Assembly: GCA_009859145.1 (NCBI GenBank)
Contig: VRVR01000042.1
Location: forward strand, 197,332 to 261,331
Origin: Andalucia godoyi And28
Taxonomy: Eukaryota > Protista > Jakobida
Length of the DNA: 64,000 nucleotides
Direction of reading: 5' to 3'
The notes under the pieces were generated by a model. It was not told the origin of the DNA, did not search any database, and saw only the letters and a list, made by a program, of their open reading frames with translations. Shown piece by piece: positions 9,401 through 17,183 of this stretch; within the stretch, counting starts at the first letter, position 1, and each line of letters opens with the position of its first letter. Position numbers and translations under genes: made by a program.

Positions 9401-10415
9401 CGAGTGGAAGCGCTGGGCAGCCTAGACACATTGCGCTGAAGCAAGTCACAACATACTCGGGCGATTTTGGCAGAACCGGAGCCACGATGACTTGATCCGG
9501 GTCAACGGACCCCATTCTCTCCATCATTCTCTTCATTTTGGACACAATCCACGCATAAGAATACTCCTGGTCGTGATATTTCATGATGTTCCGGTGAGGA
9601 TGGCAGACAGCCCGCTTCAGGAAGCATCCATGGATCGTCAATTCAGACGCATCGACAAACACGTCACGCCGCCTTGAGATGCCATACCGTTCGAACTCTG
9701 GAAAGAAGGGAAGAAGAGTGCGGGAAATAAAGCTATCTTCAAGAAAGAAAAAGTGGCCATGGTTCGCAACCGCTTCCACCAAGGTATTCTGGGAGTGTCG
9801 ATTCCACAGTTGCATTTTGTTTTCTGGGCAGAGGGCAGCATCCAATTCTCCATACAGCGCAACGATGGGCGTATCGAGAACGAGATTTTCTGCATGCAGC
9901 ACTCCCGATTCGCCGAGCTTCAGATCTGCCCGGGTTCTATCCAGAGCGACTTCCATCAACGAGGGCGGAATCACTGCACCCCACGATGCCAATGCCTCAG
10001 CCAAATCCCTGTCATTCATTTGCGAATACAGTCGGAAAGAACATGTTCCAGAAGGCCCATCGAAATACGAACACGGAGGAGGATGCGCAAAGAGGAAGCA
10101 CATCAGCGGAACTTCGTACTTGCATTCTTGCTCAATCAGCTTGCAAACATGCAGTGCAATGATTGCACCGACGGACGACCCGGCGATGCAGTACGGGAAC
10201 GACAAGTGTCTCTTGATGAAATCTGCGCAGTAGCGCGCTGCTTCTTGAATGGTCTGCATTTGGGGCACGGATGACAAGAAATCACGACCTGGAAGCAGCA
10301 CGGGGACAATTTCGAACGGTGTGTCGACACTTTTCAAGAAGGGATACTTTGATGCATTGATTTTTGGAACCGATGCTAAAGAACCACCCGCGTGCGGAAC
10401 ATAAAATATCCTCAT
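3441..10415 (-). CDS. Hybrid NRPS-PKS megasynthase, TE-A-T(PCP)-KS-AT-KR-ACP (2,324 aa, single exon)
   Basis: ATG at 10415. TE: PHAGG, AGSSVG, NHGHFF. A: SSGSTGPPK, YSISE, GELFVGG..GY, YRTGD, GRCDFAIRVRG, LPSYAVP, SGKTDRK. T: LGGHSL. KS: MDPQHR, NDKD..VQSSCSSS, EAHATGT, KANVGH, GVGGTNCH. AT: PGQ, GHSLG, RVFH. KR: GGLGTLG, FSS..FYGSAN. ACP: LGGDSM at the C-terminus. No C, DH or ER domain. Confidence 0.97.
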   Translation of the reverse strand: MRIFYVPHAGGSLASVPKINASKYPFLKSVDTPFEIVPVLLPGRDFLSSVPQMQTIQEAARYCADFIKRHLSFPYCIAGSSVGAIIALHVCKLIEQECKYEVPLMCFLFAHPPPCSYFDGPSGTCSFRLYSQMNDRDLAEALASWGAVIPPSLMEVALDRTRADLKLGESGVLHAENLVLDTPIVALYGELDAALCPENKMQLWNRHSQNTLVEAVANHGHFFFLEDSFISRTLLPFFPEFERYGISRRRDVFVDASELTIHGCFLKRAVCHPHRNIMKYHDQEYSYAWIVSKMKRMMERMGSVDPDQVIVAPVLPKSPEYVVTCFSAMCLGCPALPLEGGPSIVQNKSFLAKLVADCASLGKSILFVVSTASEESFFSEFSNVISFACDHSHTDFADDVHYVLARTLYRPRSSAFLVFSSGSTGPPKLITVLHTNHVLSYAKRRDAIPFLDDTQDIEVCNIFFLWECFRPLLFGVRLLILSDDQQKNPSTFFSVVSRECGTRIQLTPSMARVLCDGLIRKSVSIDTLNCVTLCGEVVNRKLVRDVQTLFPCAAIWNVYSISECSEITVSNLSAWVGNEDVGDIAPIGFPLPTVDMFVRDEELFVGGPHVGNGYVGAPDKSRAKFVSFESMFGSAVDFQLDETLYRTGDRCFFDTNLGYSILGRCDFAIRVRGNTVDAQVVEDAILNCFPEVKQCLVVGRQMDTDSALVAHMVIPQGGDDLCVVYMRDRLQGVLPSYAVPYLFVRYPTFFRIDPISGKTDRKCLVDPQAHPEKLMPSSLMADASSNIHTPATDYWIQRVCAAWTKELLVRVGASDRWLSLGGHSLAAVRVVATLQHDIEEFAAATAMPSPPFLNIEEMLKTSVTPASLAATITVLFGSRQHSVKQTVSSTCDVSDCIAIVGMGIQAPDAANIHEFWRNLVSGHVSAVLEKDMDGLWRRPQNSGSTFPSIPNSRGDIDPAFFSSRIHPSEWELMDPQHRIALEVSLSAMMDAGFTFSNGSLAVNSAFDDTAVFGSCYLPTYGLNTSVPLFRGEASENPSLELSAEIGNDKDYLPMRLAYAYGLRGTAVAVQSSCSSSLSCLEAAFNHLSLKKNKYAIVCSASMAFFDGIYNGYRAPSDFVLSSDGHCRPFDSRASGTVFSDAAATIVLARLSKEELCSGEHKVYATVRDVRSNQDGSSEKSSFGAPSSEAQTRLLSSMYESLLAGPSENPLQFVEAHATGTIVGDPIEFSALRNAIGARLTQRNPVWIGCAKANVGHCNIAAGLVGVVKTALSMYHGQIPPTPTFSEWNPLIAMDPLKSRFSINGTATVPWPSADVRRAGVSAMGVGGTNCHCILERQSFCDVPVPDPHEPSRFSALTVAMASEESFKKWLRSTSNSLMRSDVSIGWSSAASFFTRHFPRPGLRCFTVVASSKQDLKAVVDAMDDSSTGFLTLFSGPSLPTTTMLIVCPGQTSFSPVLYRELFLHCPEFRVAVTNLQPYTSVPVDRVFSSAVAAEHRYSQTEVHVYSALLQYGLFSILRAVYASAAFRFIGHSLGELIAVWLAGAIDDRSFFQVLELRAAALETYSPDGDQMFVVKHPVDHIRKILSGLLGVRTNIVSVNPGNAVVVGCSPGLSPAVIQQEFGNYALIPTDRVFHGSHLALVAASFDRNLNELSLDLNIDALRSVDVCCGARIEDQSGFRQWCTDHLVSSVRFDSAVDRVSKEYDNLTLVELAWKPSLSSMILKEKRNWSGLALFAKSPMSGSATCSWMWTQLSAGRKAAFCSAERPVAICDDLPALDLPFERKRIWRESPRRDEPPVAHDHVGKYCIQHALTDISIPQREYCLDSHPSTLRLCDDCFLLSVGICHTFERCRESILQIISSHSGDVRIIVFFRSSESLFVAAVLSQEYFPRVRCVSVFAPFSNVDVIQMGRCVLDSIDQDLLQWGDTIRLGKMDDEQTFSVLHRQFRALKLANLERAESPANIVIFGGLGTLGRILSATLASDSQFADTRIVLTTRCKASDVDCTRCIEEIEQLSSAMADHRVRLASRVSVLTEFDGLSAAQWNFVLASLSDPVVIFCAGLADLCWMAEGDRMAQECEPKSDALQALFDSGSKIRRCIGFSSLAAYLGGPGMMFYGSANLRMDALFCKLTAQHSVVSVAWDDWDVHALRHVLLRKGVPLSRSASLLGLNRHNKKMQMKDIGGSFGLPVEYCMELVKDLLLARSTRGIPVPLIVSKGDLLGKVDSWIYGKTSKVAPVDSCVPTLSNQDAREVIRHGFASFLKMSVVDEAKSFFVLGGDSMSALMCVAMLQEALRRKGFSTIADRLTVKRLFESLSIEQFVDSVMDS

Positions 10416-10432
10416 GCTCACAACCCTACCCG

Positions 10433-10464
<32 letters not shown>

Positions 10465-10477
10465 TTTTCTTTCTTCT

Positions 10478-10510
<33 letters not shown>
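10433..10510. repeat. Compound (CT)n-(GT)n microsatellite just upstream of the NRPS-PKS start
   Basis: CT tract then GT tract on the + strand, 18-95 nt upstream of ATG 10415, inside the divergent PKS/eIF5 intergenic region. Confidence 0.95.
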
Positions 10511-10512
<2 letters not shown>

Positions 10513-11291
10513 GTCTATCGATGTCTCCTTGCGGGGAATCTGTTGAAGGCAACAGCGAAACAAAAATCCAACAGCAACAACAAAAAAGAAAAGGTACCAT
10601 TTCCCGCAATCCCCCGACTCGACTACAGTGCCGGAGCATTTGTTTTTTCGTCCCGTTTTGGGGGAAGGCCCCGCCCAAAATTGGCCACAATACAAAATCA
10701 ACCGATTTTTCTTTTTTTGGGGAGCTCGCGCTTTTTCCCACAAGAGAAAAGGAAAGAAAAGGGAGGAAAATCAAAAGGCATACACATTTCAAGGAGCTTC
10801 ACGTCTGGGTGCGCTTTCTCAAAAACAAGAAATTATAATCAAAAAACCCAAAACCTTTTCTTCCGGTCCTCTTTCTTTTTCCTTCCTTCTTTTTCCTTCC
10901 TTCTTTTTCCCTCCTTCTCTTCTTCTCAATCTCCCATCTAAAAAAAAAAAAATCCAACCCGTTTCACCTTCTTTTAATTGAAATTTTCTCCTTTTATTTT
11001 CAACAGCCAGTCCTTGTCAAAGACCGACAAGGATATCACGAAGATCACTTTGTCGCTTTCCAGTCCATTTGCATGCTCCTGTTTTGCCAGTTTCCCATAT
11101 CTGAAGGGTCCGGATATACCTGAATCGATACGTCTGGCGTATTTGTACATTCCTCTCGATTCTAGCTAGTCTTTCCTCACCCCTTCCTTTCCTTCCCCCA
11201 ACACCTTCTTAGCTACTTCTTTTTTTTTTTTTTGTCCTTTTTTTCCCATTAGGAAGGTCATCATCTCACAAACCAAAAAAGGCATTTCAGA

Positions 11292-12645
11292 ATGGCGACG
11301 GTCAATATTGGAAATGTGTCCGACGAGTTCTATCGGTACAAAATGCCGGTCATGAAGACTCAGATTCTCAGTCGAGGAAACGGAATCAAGACGTGGGTTG
11401 TCAATGTTTCAGACATTGCGAAGGCGCTTTCTCGCCCTCCGGACTATCTCATCAAGTTTTTTGGATTTGAACTTGGTGCTCAGACAAAATGGGAGGCAGC
11501 GGCTCAGAAGGGAATTGTAAATGGAGAGCACACTCTTGAGACTCTCAATGGCCTTCTTGCGCAGTTTATCTCCAAGTTTGTGACGTGTGCAGCATGCAAG
11601 AATCCGGAAACCAACATCTTCCTCCGGGGGGACACTGTTCGACTCGAGTGTGTTGCGTGCGGAAACACGACTAAGGTGGATCCCATTGAGCGTCTATGCA
11701 GTTACATTAAGAACCACCCGCCCGCAGAAAATGCGAAAAAGAAGACCACTTCTGTAGACAAGGTTGGAGCGACTCCTGCTGCCGAGGAAAACGTGGAAGC
11801 CATTGCGTCGGTTGATGTGAATGTTCTAGCCAATCAGATTGATTCGCTCCAAGTGCAGCAAAAAGAAGGTATGTTTTTTCCCTTTCGGATGATCACCGTT
11901 TCTTCCTCTTCTTCGTTTCTCCCCTTGGTCGGTTTCGGAATGCAGCGTTTTATGATGAAAAACTTCACAGACCTGTTCTGATGGACGTTGATGAACTAAG
12001 TGTTTATTGCCTCTCTGATCAACCTGCGTTTCGTTTTTTCCACCCGTTCACGACCTCCTTCTATTTCTATTTCTATTTCTATTTCTATTTTTTATTTTAC
12101 TATTTTTACGTCTATTTTCGAACCATTTCTGACGTTTATACTCACGAAAATGATTCCTGACTGAAATAGAAAACCCTATTGAAGTATTATCTGCGTGGGG
12201 TCGAGAGCATCCAGATGCGTCTGCAGATGACGTTTTGGCCGCCGTGGATCGTTACATGGTGATCCACGATCTGAAGGCCGACGATGGTGTTTTGTTGCTC
12301 TTCACTTCTGGATTGATCAATGCCGAGAGCCTCGTCCGCCGCATCAAGGTTTGGGGTCCAGTCATCGCAGGCATTACCAAGGAATACGGTGGCCCCGTTG
12401 AGAAGAAGCTTTTCCCATCCATGGCAACCATGATGACCACCAAGGAACAGCTTGCGCTCATCCCGAATGTGCTTTCCGAGTTGTATGATGCAGATGCCAT
12501 TGATGAAACTGCGACTCGAAAATGGTTCAAGAAAGCAAAGTCCAAGGATGCGCCGAAGGAGCACCAGAAGCTGCGCAAGGCCGCGAAACCGTTCCTGGAT
12601 TGGCTGAAATCTGCCGAAGAAGAAGGATCAGGCGATGATAATTAG
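11292..12645 (+). CDS. EIF5: Eukaryotic translation initiation factor 5, two exons (11292-11868, 12170-12645)
   Basis: DEFYRYKMP (GAP arginine), RGNGIKT, FFGFELGAQT and a CxxC..CxxC zinc ribbon. The phase-1 intron 11869-12169 (GTATGT...CTGACTGAAATAG) joins in frame to ENPIEVLSAW...; the C-terminal W2 domain has LYDADAIDE..WF and AKPFLDWLKSAEEE. Confidence 0.93.
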
Positions 12646-13006
12646 TTCTCCTGTCCCGACGACGATGTCGTTCGTCAGATTTCGCTTTTGCGAATCATCA
12701 GATGTCGTTCTCAAGTAAATCACCTTCAATCCAATAAGTGTCGTTTTGTACCGCGCGAGTTCACGGCACTCCGTCTTTGCTGTTTGGGGCATTCGGGAAT
12801 CGGGTAAGGGTTCAGAGACCGCTGTAGAGGCACTTCGCGACTTTTTTCGTCTTTCCCGTATTGAAACCTCGCTTGTTTCGTCGTATTTTTTACTTTTACT
12901 TTTACCTTTATTATTATTATTTTTATTATTATTAAACTCCCTTCTTTCCCCCCTTCCGGTGGTGGGTATTCCCCTTGTTGTCTTGTACCTGCTTGTAGAG
13001 CAGTTC

Positions 13007-13655
13007 ATGGATTCCGATCATCCCCAGACGCATCCTGTGACGTCTGCGTCTGCGTCTGCAGGATCGTCGAGTCGATCGCAGAATCCCGAATACGAATGCC
13101 CTGTTGTTCCATTTGCGGAGCATTTGCCTATTTCTGCCAGCTCTTCTTCTGCCTCGTCCGCTGCACTTAGGCTTCATCGGAATACTGCCTCTGCTCTTGC
13201 CTCGTTGTTGGCAGTTCCGTCAGCTGCGTCGTTGTTCAGCAGATCAGCAGCACCAAATGTCAGACAGGCCCATCCCTCTGGGATATCATCCATGTCATTA
13301 CCCAGCGCAGTCCACGGGTCACATCCGGAATTTATGATGAGCCACGACGTGTATGCGGGACATACGGATCATACTTCGCAAATGGTGCTTCCGACATTCA
13401 GCAGGCCTTCGTTGGAGGAAGCGAAGTTGCTGGCCTTTGGAAATTTCCTCAGGAATTTTCGATCATTTTTCCTCCGACGAGAAGAATACCGTTATGAGTC
13501 CCGACGGCTGTATTTTCAGTCCAAGAAGGCGGATAGGAGGGATATGATGCAGCAGCAGTCGTCTCAGCGCAGACAGCAACATTCGGCGCGTCCCACTCGT
13601 GATGACAGTTCCGGGGGAGAGGATGAAGATAAGGGGGATGGTGAGGATGGTGGTA

Positions 13656-13687
<32 letters not shown>

Positions 13688-16624
13688 GATGGTGATGGTG
13701 ATGATGACGACGACGATGACGATGACGCTGCTCATGCTGATGATGGTGATGGTGATGGTGATGGTGATGTGCGAGAGGACTCGAACATGCCCAAAACGCA
13801 GTTCTTCATGCCCCCGTTTACTCCGTGTCCTGCTGGGTTTGAACAATTTTTTGTTCCTATGACTGCCTGGACGTCTTCTCTGGACATGACGTTCGAGGAG
13901 CTTGCCCATTACGCACAAATGCTGCAAAATGAACTTGCCTCTGGCAATATGAAAGTGCGCTGCATACAGCGTAGACCGATCTTTGCAATGCTGCTGCCTG
14001 CAGAGTATGCACAGCGGTTTAGGGATTTTGATTCGGCGTGTTCGGGAGGCGGATGGTGTGCTGATCACGGCAAAATGGGGCAAAAATCCACAGTATTTTC
14101 TTGTTCACGGGCTCGAGTGTCCAGAACCAAGAATGCAAACGGTCCGGCACGTGCGAACCGCGTGACAGTGAGAACGGCAGTAGATGAGAACGGCATCTTG
14201 CGTGCTGAGGATCCTTGCCCGTTCAACGCAACCTGTCGTTACGTCGACAACAAGTTTGTGCTGGTGATGTTTTTCCGAAACCATCACCATGTGTACGATG
14301 ATGAGGGTCTTTTCCGAAGGGCAATGGACCTGCATCCACATCTCGTCGAGTTTGTCAAGGATCACGTTATTCGTGGATACCACGAGTCGAGCGTGCATGT
14401 TGATTTGTGGATGTCGGTGCTGAGAAAGTTTCTCCAGGAAAAGCGCAAGCCGTCGTTTGTTGATTCTGCGTTGTTCCCTTCGAGTGCCACCATCAGTAAC
14501 ATGGTTAAGCACATACGAAAGGGACATCCACGCGTTCGCATCCCCATAGAGGATCTGCAGGATATGCATCAGCTTGTCCGCGAATATCCAGTGTCTCTAA
14601 AACTATTAGAGCCGTTTGTCTACGAGCATGGAGAACTCATCCGGCATTTTATCCTTCATGTCGGAGATGGAATTTGTATTAACAACTACCTGACCTTCTG
14701 CAAAGGAAATCTTCTGCTGTTGGATGGGACACAGAACGGGCTGGACGTTGGCTATCGCGTCTACAGTGCTTTTGGAATCGATTCGAAAACAGGACGGCCG
14801 CAAATCTGTGGACATTTGTTTACCTCGGATTTTTCGAACGTCGCTCTCCGAAAGTGGCTGAAATATCTTTGCAGAGATGGTCTTCCTTTGGAAGCCGTTG
14901 TCCATTGCGACCCGACCCAGGAGGACTTTTTCCGTGAAGGGCTGGATAACGTTGGGTTTCCTGTGTCTGCTGTCTGTTTCTTCAGCACCATTAGAAGTCT
15001 GATCGACTCGTTGCCTGAATTCCGACGTGCTCAGAGAAGCGTTGGCAAAGCTCTCATCCGCCAGTTATATTTGGCGGATTCTCGGGAGCGGTTCAACCAA
15101 GTGATGGGCCATTTGTCTCGTTTCTTTCAAAATATGGAGGAAACCACTGCATACTGGAATATCCATTATAGTCGGCCGTTGGAGGCATGGTGGTCTCTTC
15201 GATCTCGATATCCCAGTCTTCCGATCATTCAGTGTCTTGATGTCTGTCATCGCCGTGCGCAGTACACAGGGGAAGGCAAGCATCGCATGTTTTTGTATAG
15301 ACTCGGGGATGTCTTGCGCTCCTTGGCGGGTGCTGACGTTTCGGAGTATTTGGAGGTTTGCGTTCACGTCAAGGAAGGTGGCCACAAGAATGGATCTGGC
15401 AAGATTCAGCTCACCAATTTGTTGAAGTATGGGGAAGAGAATGTGGAAGCGCTGCTTTCCTGCCGACATGAGACATTCGATGCGTGCAATTGTCGATGCA
15501 AGGTGCTAAGCGAAGACGCTGGCTCGCAGATGTTCACGTATTTTGCAAACGAAGACTCGTTTGATGTGAACATGCGAGCGTTCAAGTGTTCTTGCACCCT
15601 GTTTGAGGAACGCCCCCATCTTCCCTGCAAGCATGTTGTTGCAATTTCGATGCTTTTGGAAACAGAAGCCGGAAAGAATGCCATTTGGCAAATTGTTCCG
15701 GGCTGTCGCTCACCGGATTTCGTTGGAAAAGAGCATCAGCAATTGCAGGCTCTCTTTCGTGCCTTTGACTACGACGAAAGGGAGAATAGCAAAATGTCGC
15801 TCTTGCTGCATGTTCGTTCGTATTTTCGCAATCGCATGATCCCAGATCTGGACATCAATCTGGACGATCTGGGCTATAAAGCAGGGACGTTGACTGATGA
15901 AGCAGTGAGAGAGGACGATTCGGCGTCGAATCCTCGAGCAAGTGCTGTCCATCCTTCCGAGGTCCCGCAACCACGAAAATCCTGGAACATTGGCGTTCCA
16001 GGTTCTCACGCTGGCCCGCCTCCTTCGTCTGTGTCGGGAGGGGCGATTGTGAACGGCGGTCTGCGAACGAGCGTGACACTTCAACTGCGCTTCCTTCTGC
16101 AATCTGTAGAATCCGTCGGCGATGATGAGCTGCAGAACATGCATGATGTTCTGACCGCTTTTGTCTCTGATCCTGTCGAGGGGGGTCGGAATCCGGGGAA
16201 GCGTCGGCGAATCGACACGACTGCAGATATTCACGAGTCCCCAGCAAGCATCTCGGATGGGTCTGCGATGTCCCATCTGTCTGCAGTGACCAGCAATGTG
16301 TCTGCATCTTCGATTCTTGCGACGCCGTCGGCCACCACGCTGTACATTTCGTCCAATTCGTCCACGACGTTTCCCAATGGAGGTCCTTCTTTTGCGAACT
16401 CGTCTGCGTTTTCACAGCCCACATTTGTACCGTTGTTTGGAGGCGCTTCCAATTTGCATAATCAGCAGCAGACTTCTTTCCTACAGCCACCGCCACACCA
16501 CGCAAGTTTAATCATAGCCCCGGATATGCGACTGCATGTTCTCGGCTCGTCGACTGGTCTTTCAAGCGCGACTCCGTCTGTGGATGCCGGCCATTTGCCG
16601 TCTGCAACGCCCTCAATGCAGTGA
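13007..16624 (+). CDS. MULE (Mutator) transposase-derived protein: FAR1-like zinc/DNA-binding domain, MULE DDE-like domain and SWIM finger, with low-complexity termini (1,205 aa)
   Basis: FSCSR...CPFNAT...NHHH (FAR1/WRKY-GCM1-like). LLLDGT...VVHCD...VCFFS (MULE core). CSCTLFEERPHLPCKHVVA (SWIM). Ser-rich and Asp/Asn-rich stretches. Confidence 0.75.
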
Positions 16625-16855
16625 GGATTCCCGTTGTCGAATTGGGCTTGTTTGTGCGTTTTCTTCCTCTTCTTCTTCTTCTCACCTACTTGTATATACA
16701 GTACACAGCATACTGGAACTGTGCTGCTACTTATTTTATCGTGTCGTCCGTGTACTGTACTGCATACCTCCCCCAAATCCCTCCCAATATCCAATACACA
16801 GACACAGTACGCCGCCTTTTCAGTTGCTTTCCTCTTTGCTTCCATCCCACCATCG

Positions 16856-16925
16856 GCCGTTTTTCCTGTTGTACAAAACGACAGCCGTTTTTCCTGTTGT
16901 ACAAAACGACAGCCGTTTCCGTTGT
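16856..16925. repeat. 28-bp tandem repeat GCCGTTTTTCCTGTTGTACAAAACGACA, two exact copies plus a partial third
   Basis: Units at 16856-16883 and 16884-16911, partial at 16912-16925; internal palindrome TTGTACAA. Confidence 0.9.
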
Positions 16926-17183
16926 TCTTGTGCGCTCGCCAAAACATGAGTCATTGTCTATTGAAAGAAATTCCGAACTTGACTACGGTAAGAACATCGC
17001 GTCCTCCGTAAGGTTAGACAAGCAGAGTTCTGGGTATGATACTGTTCCTTTGATGTTCATACACAAAACGGTCGACTGTCGTTCTGGCCACACAGCGACC
17101 CGTCTTTGTCTTTTTGCTCATTTTCTTCCTTTTGCTCCTTTTCTTCTGGTGAATGCATTTGGTGAACAGTGCCTAGTCCTTGG

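Noticed and set aside
3441-10415. Lack of introns as evidence for horizontal transfer of the NRPS-PKS; KR stereochemistry prediction
   Set aside because: Most genes here are intronless, so this is uninformative. The KR has neither a clear LDD nor the A-type Trp motif.
12187-12226. Alternative eIF5 acceptor CTGCAG at 12226
   Set aside because: It is phase-compatible, but the upstream AG at 12169 has an adjacent CTGAC branch-like motif and adds 19 in-frame helical residues; cDNA is needed to settle it.
16856-16925. 28-bp direct repeats as a CRISPR array
   Set aside because: The units are contiguous with no spacers, there are no cas genes, and the context is eukaryotic.
12650-17180. Terminal inverted repeats or target duplication around the MULE-like ORF
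   Set aside because: None found by eye, so it was not called a mobile element.
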